A stretch of DNA of 64,000 bases, taken from contig NZ_CAUTOU010000001.1 in NCBI RefSeq assembly GCF_963539965.1, forward strand, positions 6,479 to 70,478. The letters run 5' to 3'. This document shows positions 28,462 through 40,327 of the stretch, piece after piece. Position numbers and translations under genes: made by a program. The notes under the pieces are model-generated. The model did not search any database. It was not told where the DNA came from and saw only the letters and a list, made by a program, of their open reading frames with translations. This DNA comes from an uncultured Propionibacterium sp. (lineage in GTDB: Bacteria; Actinomycetota; Actinomycetes; Propionibacteriales; Propionibacteriaceae). Position 1 is the first letter of the stretch. Each line of letters opens with the position of its first letter.

Positions 28462-28584
28462 GTCATGCGCCTCCCCTCCAGACTCTGACTGTCGGTCCTG
28501 GAGTTCCACCAGGTCGGCCGGCCCACTGGCCGGTTCGCGGACTCTCACCGCCGGTACGGAGTTCCACCGTCCCCGGGACATGAC
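28462..28584 (-). promoter_or_regulatory. FMN riboswitch (RFN element) in the ribD leader
   Basis: The minus strand reads TCATGTCCCGGGGACGGTGGAACTCCGTACCGGCGGTGAGAGTCCGCGAACCGG...CCGACCTGGTGGAACTCCAGGACCGACAGTCAGAGTCTGGAGGGGAGGCGCATGA, which matches the RFN consensus blocks (GGTG-AA-TCC..ACCGGCGGT, AGTCCGCGA, GGTGGAA.TCC, CCGACAGT.A.AGTCTGGA.GG.AG) with a P1 TCATG/CATGA. Confidence 0.9.
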
Positions 28585-28705
28585 AAGGGCCAGTATGCCA
28601 CCACCGTCGTCGGGCCGGGCACGGACCGCCCGGCGGGCGGCACGGCCACGACCGGGCGCCGCCGCCCTGGCCTAGGGTTGGTCCGACCGGGACGGAGGAG
28701 GCGCT

Positions 28706-29281
28706 GTGCAGCACGACATCCACATGGAGCTGGGCGAGGTGCGTCTGCGCCCGGCGCGGGCGCGGGACGGCGCGGACCTCCAGCCGCTGCTCGACGAGCG
28801 GATGTGGGCCGGCATGGCCACGCCCTTCCCCGCGAGCCCGCAGGATTTCGCCCGCGCCTACGAGGAGAAGATCGCCGACCCCGCCACGGTGGTCTTCAGC
28901 GTCGAGCACCGGGGCGAGCTCGTGGGCCGCACCTGCTTCTACGACATGCGCCTGCCGCTGCGCCTGGAGCTCGGCTCGACGTTCTATCTCCCGGCGGCCC
29001 AGGGCACGGCGGTGAATCCGTCGTGCAAGTACCTGCTGCTCGAGTACGCCTTCACGGTCCACGGCGTGCAGCGCGTGGGCCTGCGCTGCGATGCGCGCAA
29101 TGCGCGCTCCGCGCGGGCGATCGCCGCGCTCGGCGCGACCGAGGAGGGGGTGGCGCGGGCATTCCGGCGCGGCCCGCACGGCGAGCCCGTCGACACCCGG
29201 GTCTTCTCGATCACCGATGACGACTGGCCGCGCGTGCGCGGCGGGCTCCGTGCGCGCCTGGGCCTGCCGCCAGACGGCTGA
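28706..29281 (+). CDS. GNAT-family N-acetyltransferase (RimJ/RimL-like)
   Basis: 191 aa, GTG start. VRLRPARARD..., an acetyl-CoA-binding-like core ...VQRVGLRCDARNARSARAIAALGATEEG. Confidence 0.75.
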   Translation: MQHDIHMELGEVRLRPARARDGADLQPLLDERMWAGMATPFPASPQDFARAYEEKIADPATVVFSVEHRGELVGRTCFYDMRLPLRLELGSTFYLPAAQGTAVNPSCKYLLLEYAFTVHGVQRVGLRCDARNARSARAIAALGATEEGVARAFRRGPHGEPVDTRVFSITDDDWPRVRGGLRARLGLPPDG

Positions 29282-29290
29282 GCCCGGGCG

Positions 29291-30057
29291 TCAGGAGCCG
29301 GGGCGGTCCCGGTGGACGCGGTGGCCGACCTCGACCATGGCCTTCATGACGACGCCCGCCAGAGCCCGATCGAGCAGGTGCGGGTCGGTGACGACAAAGC
29401 CGGTAATGGTGTTGACGCCGCGCTCGAAGAGCATCGGAGCAGGGGCGTGGAGGGGCCGACGAGCACGGTGCGAGCCCGGCGCGACGGCTCCAGCAGCCGC
29501 GGCGCGGTCTTGTTGACGAAGCTCGACCCCGAGATGAACACGTAGTCGCACTCGGGCAGGATGTACTCGCAGGCGGCGTCGGGGTGGTCGCCCGGCTGGG
29601 GGACGCGTTCCAGGCAGTAGTACTCGCCGGCCCGTCCCAGCGCCTTCCGGGCGAAACCGAAGTGCCCGACGACGGCCACCCGCCCGCCGTCGACAGCCCG
29701 CGCGAAGGGGTCGAAGACCCGCCGCCGGACGAGGCCCTCCCCCGTCGCGGCGAAGCCCTTCTCGGCGGCCGACTCGGGATGCGAGTACCAGGAGTTGATG
29801 GCGGCCTGGCCGATCGAGGCCTCGGCGAGGTTCCAGCTGCGGACGAGACCGGCCGCGGTGCGCAGCGGCAGCCCGTCGAGCACGGCCCCCTCGAAGACCT
29901 CTGGCCGGGATCGCTGGTTCATCGTCCAGGCCACCCCGCCGCCCCCGGCGGAGTTCACCACCCGGGTCCGCCGGACGCCGACGTCCGCCGTCTCGACCAT
30001 CGCGTCCCGAGGGATCTCGGCGATGAGGTCCTCGTGGACACGCCATGCGCCAGGCAT
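29291..30057 (-). pseudogene. DUF364/DUF4213 (putative metal-chelation Rossmann-like) protein, frameshifted
   Basis: ORF 29344-30096 carries ...SWNLAEASIGQAAINSW...VVGHFGF...DHPDAACEYILPECDYVFISGSSFVNKTAPRLL...VLVGPSTPL and then runs into nonsense. The expected continuation APMLFERGVNTITGFVVTDPHLLDRAL... sits in the frame of ORF 29291-30568. The switch is near 29436-29441. Confidence 0.7.
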
Positions 30058-30164
30058 CGTCAACGCGTCCTCGTCCCGTCCATCCAGGCGCCCCATAGTG
30101 AAGGAGGCTATCCTGATCGAACGCGGCGCCGTCGCCCGGGGCCGTGCGGGCGGACAATGCAGAC

Positions 30165-30923
30165 ATGTCCATCAACCCGAGCCTGCAGCTGGCCGTCGCG
30201 CTGGTCCTGCTCGTCGCCCTCACGATGCTGGCCGCCTGGGCGGGCCACTTCAGCTTCCTCAGATCGGTGCCGCTGGCAGCTGTGCGCGCCGCCGTCCAGC
30301 TGTTCATCGTCTCGTTCGTCGTCGTGGCGGCCGTCACCAGGCTGTGGGCGGCTGCGCTGTTCGTCATCGCCATGTTCGCCATCGCCGTATGGACGACGAC
30401 GGGCCGCGTCGGCGCCAGACGGGCCTGGGCCTGGTCGACGCTGTCGATCGCGGCGGGAGTGCTTCCCGTGCTGGCGGTCGTCTTCGCAACCGGCGCCGCC
30501 CCGCTCAACGGGGCCTCGCTCGTGCCGATCGGCTCGATCATCATCGGCAATGTGATGAGTGCCCACACGCTGAACGGGCGGCGGGTCTTCGCCGCCCTGC
30601 GCGAGAATCACGAGATCTTCGAGGCTGCCCTCGCCCTCGGGTTCGCCCGGACCGACGCGATCGGGATGGTCGTGCGCTCCATCGCGGGCGAGTCCCTGAT
30701 GCCGACACTCGACAGGACGCGCACGGCGGGCCTGGTGACGCTGCCGGGCGCCTTCATCGGCGTCATGCTCGGCGGTGGCACGGCGCTTCAGGCCGGTGCC
30801 GCGCAGGTGCTCGTGATCATCGGCATCCTCGCCGGCGAGTCCACGACGGTGCTCGTGATGAACATGCTGATCACCGGGGCGAAGCTGCTGCCGGGGGACC
30901 TGGCCGGGGCGCTGCACCCCTGA
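30165..30923 (+). CDS. UPF0014/FetB-like ABC-type permease
   Basis: About 252 aa, multi-TM. ...IIIGNVMSAHTLNG...ALALGF....A......SLMPTLD.TRTAGLVTLPGAF.G is typical of the YbbM/FetB family. GTG 30144 is an alternative start. No ATPase partner is adjacent. Confidence 0.7.
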   Translation: MSINPSLQLAVALVLLVALTMLAAWAGHFSFLRSVPLAAVRAAVQLFIVSFVVVAAVTRLWAAALFVIAMFAIAVWTTTGRVGARRAWAWSTLSIAAGVLPVLAVVFATGAAPLNGASLVPIGSIIIGNVMSAHTLNGRRVFAALRENHEIFEAALALGFARTDAIGMVVRSIAGESLMPTLDRTRTAGLVTLPGAFIGVMLGGGTALQAGAAQVLVIIGILAGESTTVLVMNMLITGAKLLPGDLAGALHP

Positions 30924-30966
30924 GGGGCCGGGCGCCGGCTCGACCCGTCGGAGCGGGACGGCCCTC

Positions 30967-32130
30967 TCAGGCCCCGTGCCCGATGCCTCGCGGCAACCGG
31001 GCCGCCTCCCAGCCGAGCAGGCGCTCGGCGCAGTCGAAGGCGAAGCGATCGGTCATGCCCGCGACATAGGTGACGGCGCTGCGCGTCGGGTCATCGCGGT
31101 CGCAGTGCTCGGGCGGCAGCTCGGCCGGGTGCTCGGCGTAGTAGGAGACGAGCTGCTGCAGCACCTCGACCATCGTGTGCGACTGGGCCAGCGACTCGGA
31201 ACGCGTGTAGATCTGCTCGTAGTTGAACCTGCGCAGGGCGGTAAGCGCTCCGGCCGTGCGGGCGTCCATGCCGACGGCACCGGTACGGCAGGTGGTGGAG
31301 ATCACGGAGCCGATGAGCGTCGACAGCTGGTCGCGCAGCGACAGGCCGATGACGTCGACGATCCGGTCGGGCACCTCCCCGGGGGCCACGATGCCGGCGC
31401 GGATGGCGTCCTCCAGGTCGTGAGCGCAGTAGCCGATGCGATCGGCCCAGCTGACGATCTCGCCCTCAACGGTGGACGGGGCGGGACTCGACCACGAGTG
31501 GTTCGCGATGCCGTCGAGGGTCTCGGCGCACAGGTTGAGCCCGGACAGGGCGACCCGGGCGCCCCATGGACCATGATCGAAGCCCCCGGGCAGGAAGGCG
31601 TCGAAGGCCTCCTCGGAGGCATGCCCGCCGGGACCGTGCCCGCAGTCGTGGCCCAGGGCGATGGCGTCGGCCAGCGTCACATTCGCCCCGACGCCGCGGG
31701 CGATGGACGTGGCCACCTGGGCGACCTCGATCGCGTGGGTCAGGCGGGTGCGCTGATGATCGGTGGGGTAGACGACGACCTGCGTCTTGCCGGCCAGGCG
31801 CCGGAAACTGGTGGAGTGGACGATGCGATCGTGGTCGCGCTCGAAGCAGGTGCGTTCGACGTCGGGCTCCTCGGGGCGGGCCCTGTCGCCCGCCCCGTGG
31901 GAGCGGGCCGCCCCCTCGCGCAGCGTAGCGGCCTCGAGTTCCTCGCGGGCCAGCCGCCCTACGGGTTCACCGCGGCCGATGAGCAGATGGGAGTCCCGGT
32001 GCGGGCGTACGAGGCCATCACCGTCGATCCGGTGCTCATGACCGCTCATGGTCCGCGCCCAGGCCCTGGACCGCGCGGTGGGGCCCAACCCGCGACCGTC
32101 GGGACCGGTGCGTTCACTGCTGCTCGTCAT
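30967..32130 (-). CDS. dgt: dGTP triphosphohydrolase-like HD-domain protein
   Basis: FERDHDRIVHSTSFRRLAGKTQV...RLTHAIEVAQV...LGHDCGHGPGGH...VTYVAGMTDRFA. Start is ATG 32130 (or 32049). The longer ORF to 32652 is Arg/Pro-rich read-through. Confidence 0.85.
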   Translation of the reverse strand: MTSSSERTGPDGRGLGPTARSRAWARTMSGHEHRIDGDGLVRPHRDSHLLIGRGEPVGRLAREELEAATLREGAARSHGAGDRARPEEPDVERTCFERDHDRIVHSTSFRRLAGKTQVVVYPTDHQRTRLTHAIEVAQVATSIARGVGANVTLADAIALGHDCGHGPGGHASEEAFDAFLPGGFDHGPWGARVALSGLNLCAETLDGIANHSWSSPAPSTVEGEIVSWADRIGYCAHDLEDAIRAGIVAPGEVPDRIVDVIGLSLRDQLSTLIGSVISTTCRTGAVGMDARTAGALTALRRFNYEQIYTRSESLAQSHTMVEVLQQLVSYYAEHPAELPPEHCDRDDPTRSAVTYVAGMTDRFAFDCAERLLGWEAARLPRGIGHGA

Positions 32131-32177
32131 GGTCTCCAGTATGGCGGTGGCCGCCGCCCACCAGGCGCGCGGAGGAC

Positions 32178-33347
32178 TCAGGCCGCCCTCCCGGAGTACC
32201 CGAGCTCGGCGTCGGACAGGTCGAGGTCGCGCCCGTCGCGGTCGTCCAGCCAGCCTACCGGCATGACCACCTTGCGACGCGGCGAGCCCTGGCGTCCGCG
32301 AGGCCGGCCCAGTTCCCGGATCGGGTAGGGGCAGTCGGCACCGGCCTTGTCGACGAGGACGGCCAGCAGCTCGTCGAGGCGCTCGAAGGAGTCGATCATG
32401 CCGAGCGCGTGGCGCAGCTCGCCGCCGACGGGGAAGCCCTTGAAGTACCAGGTCATGTGCTTGCGCAGATCGGTGAGGCCGTGCCGCTCGCCCATCTGGC
32501 GGGCCAGCAGTTCGCCGTGGCGGCGCACGATCCGGCAGATCTCGCCGAGCGCGGGCAGGGTCAGGCGCCGGCCACCGGACATCGCCGCGGCCAGGTCGGC
32601 GAACAACCAGGGGCGCCCGAGGCAGCCGCGGCCGACCTCGACGCCGGCGCAACCGGTCCGTTCCATCATGTCCAGTGCGTCCCCGGCCTCCCAGACGTCG
32701 CCGTTGCCGAGCACCGGGATGTCGACCTGCCCCACCACCTCGGCGATGACCTCCCAGTGAGCATGGCCGGAGTAGGCCTCCTCGACGGTGCGCGCGTGCA
32801 GGCAGATCGCAGCCGCCCCCGCCTCCTGGGCGATCTGGGCGACATCGCGCCAGGTGGTGTGGTCCGCGTCGATGCCGATGCGGGTCTTGACGGTCACCGG
32901 CACGCCGTGGCGATCGGCGGCCCGGACCGCGGCGACGATGATCTCGCGCACGAGCCCGGTCTTCCAGGCCAGGACTCCCCCACCGCCCTTGCGGGTGACC
33001 TTGGGAACCGGGCAGCCGAAGTTCAGATCGACATGATCAGCACCGTAACGGGTGCACAGCAGTTCGACGGCCCGCGCGACGGCCGACGGGTTCGTGCCGT
33101 AGGTCTGGACGCTGCGGGTCTGCTCCTCGTCGAAGAAGGTGAGCATGGCGTCGGTCCGGCGGTCGCCGCACACCAGGCCGCGACTGGTGATCATCTCGCA
33201 GATGCAGAGCCCGGCCCCCTGCTCCCGGCACAGCGTGCGGAAGGCGGCGTTCGTGACACCGGCCATCGGCGCGAGGACGACAGGGGTCGCGATCTCGACG
33301 CGGCCGCCCGAGGGCGAGGCGAGAAGGAGGGGCTCGGCGTGCGGCAC
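32178..33347 (-). CDS. dus: tRNA-dihydrouridine synthase
   Basis: 389 aa. VVLAPMAGVTNAAFRTLCRE...DLNFGCP...KTRIG...LHARTVEE are Dus-family motifs. Confidence 0.9.
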   Translation of the reverse strand: MPHAEPLLLASPSGGRVEIATPVVLAPMAGVTNAAFRTLCREQGAGLCICEMITSRGLVCGDRRTDAMLTFFDEEQTRSVQTYGTNPSAVARAVELLCTRYGADHVDLNFGCPVPKVTRKGGGGVLAWKTGLVREIIVAAVRAADRHGVPVTVKTRIGIDADHTTWRDVAQIAQEAGAAAICLHARTVEEAYSGHAHWEVIAEVVGQVDIPVLGNGDVWEAGDALDMMERTGCAGVEVGRGCLGRPWLFADLAAAMSGGRRLTLPALGEICRIVRRHGELLARQMGERHGLTDLRKHMTWYFKGFPVGGELRHALGMIDSFERLDELLAVLVDKAGADCPYPIRELGRPRGRQGSPRRKVVMPVGWLDDRDGRDLDLSDAELGYSGRAA

Positions 33348-33443
33348 CAGTCAAGCCTAGACGGGGACGGCGCACTGGCGATCGGCGCCCGCCGACCTGT
33401 GACCCGGTCGCACGGCCCACCGCCCGGCAGGCGGGTGCACCGG

Positions 33444-34499
33444 TCAGACGGTGACGACCGGCTTGATCAGGTCACGTGGCTTCCTGCGCATGAGCTCGAC
33501 GCCCTCCTCGATGTGCTCCAGGCCCCTGAACCGGTGGGTGATCATCTTCTCAGGGTGGATGCGCCCGGCGAGCACCAGGTTGGCCATCCGCTCCATACGC
33601 CGGCGCCCGCCCGGGGTCAACCCACCGACCAAGTGCTTGTGGCCCATGCCCACCAGGCTCGACCGCCGGCTGATCTTGATGTTGTCGCCCTCGCCGAGGT
33701 AATTGACGTTGCCGACCCAGCCGCCCGGCTTGAGAATGTCGAAGGCCTGCTGGAAGGTCCCGAGATCCCCGCCGGCGACGACGACCCGGTCGACGCCTTC
33801 GCCCTTGGTGCCCTCCATGACCTGCTCGACGATGTCGCCCTCGCGGTAGTTGACGATGTCGGTGGCACCGAACTCCTTGGCGACCTCGATGCAGTTGGGG
33901 CGCGACCCAACCGCGAACAGCCGGCCGGCGCCCAGAATGGCGGCACTGGCGACCGACATCAGACCGACCGGGCCGATGCCGATCACGACGGTCGCGTCGC
34001 CGGGCCGAATGCGAGCCAGTTCGGCGCCGTGCAGACCCGTGGTGGCCATGTCCGACAGCATCACGCCGGCCTCGGGGGAGATCTCGTCGGGCAGGATCGC
34101 CAGATTGCCGTCCGCGTCATTGACGTGAATGAGCTCGGCGAACACGCCGTCCTTGGTGTTCGAGAACTTCCAGCCGCCCAGCGGGGCACCGGAGTGCATG
34201 GGATAGCCGTCCTGGGCTGCGACCGATGACCAGTCGGGGGTGATCGCGGGGATGATGACCCGGTCGCCCACCTTGAAGTCCCCGACCAGGGCACCGACCT
34301 CAACGACCTCACCGACGCCTTCGTGCCCAAGCGTCATGTCATGGCGCTCACCTATGCCGCCTTCGTAGACGGTGTGGATGTCGGACGAGCACGGCGCCAA
34401 CGCGATCGGACGGCAAATGGCGTCGAGCGGCCCGCACCGGGGGTCCTCCTTCTCGATCCAGCCGGCCTCGCCGATCCGGAGCATGGCATAACTCTTCAC
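33444..34499 (-). CDS. NADP-dependent zinc alcohol dehydrogenase of the TbADH/CbADH secondary-alcohol type
   Basis: 351 aa from GTG 34499 (AAGGAGG 5 nt upstream). It is collinear with Thermoanaerobacter brockii ADH as recalled (APCSSDIHTV, LGHEGVGEVVEVG, WKFSN.KDGVF, SDMATTG, GIGPVGLM, AVGSRP...DIVNY, GGLTPGGRRRMERM...LIKPVV). Confidence 0.88.
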   Translation of the reverse strand: MKSYAMLRIGEAGWIEKEDPRCGPLDAICRPIALAPCSSDIHTVYEGGIGERHDMTLGHEGVGEVVEVGALVGDFKVGDRVIIPAITPDWSSVAAQDGYPMHSGAPLGGWKFSNTKDGVFAELIHVNDADGNLAILPDEISPEAGVMLSDMATTGLHGAELARIRPGDATVVIGIGPVGLMSVASAAILGAGRLFAVGSRPNCIEVAKEFGATDIVNYREGDIVEQVMEGTKGEGVDRVVVAGGDLGTFQQAFDILKPGGWVGNVNYLGEGDNIKISRRSSLVGMGHKHLVGGLTPGGRRRMERMANLVLAGRIHPEKMITHRFRGLEHIEEGVELMRRKPRDLIKPVVTV

Positions 34500-34738
34500 G
34501 ATGCCTCCTTGCATGCAGTGGTCGAAGAGCAGTTCCTAATTTGTACTCACAATAAGTGGTATCGTTTTTCACGGCGGAGTGCGGTGACGGCTCGCTCCGA
34601 GTCAGCGACGACCTGCCAGGAGACCTCGGCCCGACGGCCTGACCCGCAGCCGACGGGATCACCATACCGACCGGAGCGCGTCGGCGGGTATGGTTTCAGG
34701 GAAGTCGGATCGCGCGCACTTGGACGACGACTGGTCCA

Positions 34739-36550
34739 TCAGCCTGTGCGCTCGCCCGTATGCGTCCGCATGCGCAGTTCCAAGCTCGTCTGGTCGGCGT
34801 CGAGCACGCGCAGCAGGCTCGCCAGGACGGTCGGACTGTACTTGCCAGACTGGTTCACCGTCAGCAGCGCCTTGCGCTGGGCGTCGATGACCTTGAGGGC
34901 ATGTTCGCCGGACAGCTCGGCCAGATGACGATCCGTGGGGATCGACGGGCCGGCATCGGCCCGGCCCAGCAGGCCCAGGGCCTGCAGAACCAGCTCGGAC
35001 TCGTCACTCTCGTCGTCCTCTCCGAGTTCGGAGACCGCCGCACGCAGGCGGGCGCGGGCCTCGCGCAGCTCACCGGGCACCGGCACGCGCCCAGCGGCCC
35101 TGCGCATGACCCGTCGCAGTTCCGCACTCTCCTCGGCGGAGGGCGGAGCGTACCCGGCCGGACGCACGAGTCCGACGAAAACGCTCAGGGTGCCTCCCTG
35201 GACCACGAGAGAGATCGCCGCGACGCAGAAGGCAGTGAGGATCATCGTCGAACGACCGGGAAGACCGCTCGGCAGGGTCTGGGCGGCTGCGACGGTCACG
35301 GCACCGCGCATGCCGGCCCAGACGATCGTCGCGCCCTCGCGGACCCCCAGCCGTTCCTGCACGTAGTAGTCGATGTCCGACAGCGTGCGCTCCATGCGGC
35401 TGATGAGCCGCACGACCCGGCGCCGGCTCTTCCGCGGAGCGTGGTGCTCGCGCTGGTTGTGCCAGACGATCAGCAGCGCGCGTTCGATGGCGGGCTTGCG
35501 TCTGGCGCGCCTGGACGAGCGATGCCTGGCCGCCGCGAGCATGGGGCCGACGATGAGCGCTCTGATGGCCAGTAGCAGTGCGAGGATGGCCGCCGACAGG
35601 ACGATGATCCTCCCCAGCGGCGCCTCCTGCTCATCGGCCAGCGCCGCCGGCAGCTGAAGGCCCATGAGGAGGAAGACGCTCGACTCGAGCACGAGCGAGA
35701 TCTCGGCCCAAGTGGTCCGATTCGTCGACCGCTGAGCGGGAGTCAGCACCAGGGGCGAGCGGTAGCTCTCGACCAGTCCGCATACGACGGCGGCGATGAG
35801 CCCCGAACCCCCCAACTGCTCGACTACGAGGAATGCGGCATAGGGCGTGGCCAGTGACATGAGCATGTCGGTCGTCACCAAGGAGCTGCGAGCCCGCAAC
35901 CAGAGCGCCCCATTGCCGGCGAGCAGGCCGACCGCTACTGCCGAGATCACCGCCCAGAGGAATCTGCCGACGACCTGACCGGTCGTGACCGGTCCCGAGG
36001 TCGCGGCCAGGGCCGAGGCCATGAGGACGAGGGCCGACGCGTCATTGACCAGGCCCTCGCCCTCGAGCACGGAGACGATGCGCTGGCTGACACCGGCCCT
36101 CCGGACGATCGACGTGGCCACGGCGTCGGTCGGGCTGACGATGGCGCCCAGGGCGATCGCCGCGGCGAGCCCCGGGCCGGGGACCACCGCATGCAGGAAG
36201 AGCCCGACGGTCAACGCCGACAGCCCCACGAGCAGCACCGACAATGTCGCGATGGGGCCCAGATTGCGCCGGAACTCCAGCATCGGCATCTTGACCGCGG
36301 AGGCGTACAGGAGCCCGGGCAGGACGACCTCGAGGATGATGTCGGGATCGGCGTGCATGGCCGGCACCGCGGGGATCGCCGCGACACCGGTTCCGAGCAC
36401 CAGGAGCAGCACGGGCGCGACCAGCCCGGCCCGCTCTGCCAGCCGCTCGCTCAGCGCGATGACGAACAGGGCGACGACGCCGATCAGAACCATGACAGCC
36501 ACGCCGCTCAGTATCCCGTGCGGTGGCGGGCCGGAGACGGATCCGTCCAC
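34739..36550 (-). CDS. Na+/H+ antiporter (CPA1, NhaP-type) with long cytoplasmic C-terminal domain
   Basis: 603 aa. 10-12 TM helices, ...GAIVSPTDAVA... exchanger motif, and a helical Arg/Glu-rich C-terminus. Confidence 0.85.
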   Translation of the reverse strand: MDGSVSGPPPHGILSGVAVMVLIGVVALFVIALSERLAERAGLVAPVLLLVLGTGVAAIPAVPAMHADPDIILEVVLPGLLYASAVKMPMLEFRRNLGPIATLSVLLVGLSALTVGLFLHAVVPGPGLAAAIALGAIVSPTDAVATSIVRRAGVSQRIVSVLEGEGLVNDASALVLMASALAATSGPVTTGQVVGRFLWAVISAVAVGLLAGNGALWLRARSSLVTTDMLMSLATPYAAFLVVEQLGGSGLIAAVVCGLVESYRSPLVLTPAQRSTNRTTWAEISLVLESSVFLLMGLQLPAALADEQEAPLGRIIVLSAAILALLLAIRALIVGPMLAAARHRSSRRARRKPAIERALLIVWHNQREHHAPRKSRRRVVRLISRMERTLSDIDYYVQERLGVREGATIVWAGMRGAVTVAAAQTLPSGLPGRSTMILTAFCVAAISLVVQGGTLSVFVGLVRPAGYAPPSAEESAELRRVMRRAAGRVPVPGELREARARLRAAVSELGEDDESDESELVLQALGLLGRADAGPSIPTDRHLAELSGEHALKVIDAQRKALLTVNQSGKYSPTVLASLLRVLDADQTSLELRMRTHTGERTG

Positions 36551-36610
36551 CCCTGGGGACGGCGGAGGGCCCGGCGTCGAGGCGCCGGGCCCTCCGCGAT
36601 GACCAGCAGC

Positions 36611-37365
36611 TCAGGTCTCGCGTGAATGACGGCCGCGCAGGACGGAGCGCCAGCGCTCCTTGTTCACCGTGGCGATGGCCGACAGGGAGATGCCCGCCGG
36701 GCAAGACACGGCGCACTCGCCGTACAGCGAGCAGGGCCCGAAGTTCTCGTCGAGCATGGAGACCATTTTTCGGGCGCGGCGGCTGCGCTCCTGCCTGCCC
36801 TGGGGCATCTTGGCCAGGTGGGCGAGCTTGGCGCCGGCGAACAGCATCGCCGCGCCGTTCGGACAGGCTGCGACGCAGGCGCCGCAGCCGATGCAGATGG
36901 CGTAGTCCATGGCCTGCTCGGCCGTCAGATGATCCTGCGGAACGGTGTCGGCGTCAGGAGCCGTGCCGGTCATGACGTTGACATGGCCGGCGGCCTGGAC
37001 GAGTTCGTCCAGGGCCGAACGGTCGATCGCGAGATCGCGGATGACCGGGAAGGCCGCCGAGCGGAAGGGCTCGATCGTGAAGTGCGTGACCTCGGGGAAC
37101 GAACGCAGATGCTGGCGACAGGCCGGCGTATTGGCCAGCGGGCCGTGCGGCTTGCCGTTGACGAGGAAACCGCAGCAGCCGCAGACGCCCTCGCGGCAGT
37201 CCGATTCGAAGACGACCGGCTCGCCCCCGGCCTCGACGATCTCGTCGTTGAGCTGATCGAGCATCTCGAGGAGGCTGAGCTCGGGCTCCACGTCCTCCAT
37301 GACATGGGTCTCGAAGCGACCCTCGGCGTCGGGTCCGTCCTGACGCCAGATATCGAGTGTGACCT

Positions 37366-37369
<4 letters not shown>
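36611..37369 (-). CDS. sdhB: Succinate dehydrogenase/fumarate reductase iron-sulfur subunit
   Basis: 252 aa from ATG 37369. Cys clusters CREGVCGCCG, CIGCGACVAACP and CSLYGECAVSCP. Confidence 0.93.
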
Positions 37370-39470
<2,101 letters not shown>

Positions 39471-39474
<4 letters not shown>

Positions 39475-40232
39475 GAGATCACCCCAGACAGGACGAGCAT
39501 GGGCAGGGCGCCATTGCAGACCATGATGATGAACGCAATGAGCAGGAAGGCGAGGAACCAGATCCTGCGCAGGCGCGGACCGGTCCCGCCGAAGTCGTTG
39601 ACGGCGTTCCAGCCGCCCTGCCCGATGTGCAGGGCCACGACGAGCATCAGGGTCGTGTAGAGGATCGCCATCCACGGGCGGGAGAAGCTGGCGACGAGGT
39701 TCTCGTAGGCGTGGGCGTGGACCACCATCTCGTTGCCGACCATCTCGTGCGTGGCCTCCTGGAACTGGCTGGTGGCGACACCGCGGCCGATGGTCAGGTC
39801 GAGCAGGTGGACGACGATGAAGGCGAAGAGCAGGACGCCCTCGACGATCATGTACTTGGCGAACCACGCCCTCTTCTTCATGCCCCTTCGCCCGAACCTG
39901 CCGCGGGCCCTGCGCCCGCGGATGTAGATCAGCGTGCCGGCCCAGATGTGCAGGACCAGGCCGACGCCGAGCGCCAGGCGCATGATCATCAGCAGGCCCT
40001 CGTAGGGCAGGAAGGGGAAGAGGAAGGTGCGCAGGAAGGCCGCATACGCGTTGTAGTCCTCAGCACCGAGGAACAGCTTGAGGTTGCCGACCATGTGGAC
40101 AAAGACGAAGAGAACGAAGATCGTGCCGGTGACGGCCATGATCAGCTTCAGGGTCACGTTCGACGGCTGCTGACCGAGCTTCTGCCGGACGACCGTGTCC
40201 CCCTGCCCCCGCGCCTTCTCGGTGACGCTCAT
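39471..40232 (-). CDS. sdhC: Succinate dehydrogenase cytochrome b558 membrane subunit
   Basis: 253 aa, 5 TM helices with conserved His (FVHMVGNL, HIWAG, VVHLLD, ALHIGQG). The stop overlaps the sdhA start. Confidence 0.88.
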
Positions 40233-40327
40233 GAGTTACTCCAATCGGGTGACGAATTGGTCCTACCATATGCCCTGTCCCCGGAGGCCCGCAGCATCGG
40301 GGCACGCTTTTGGGACGATTTGCAGAC

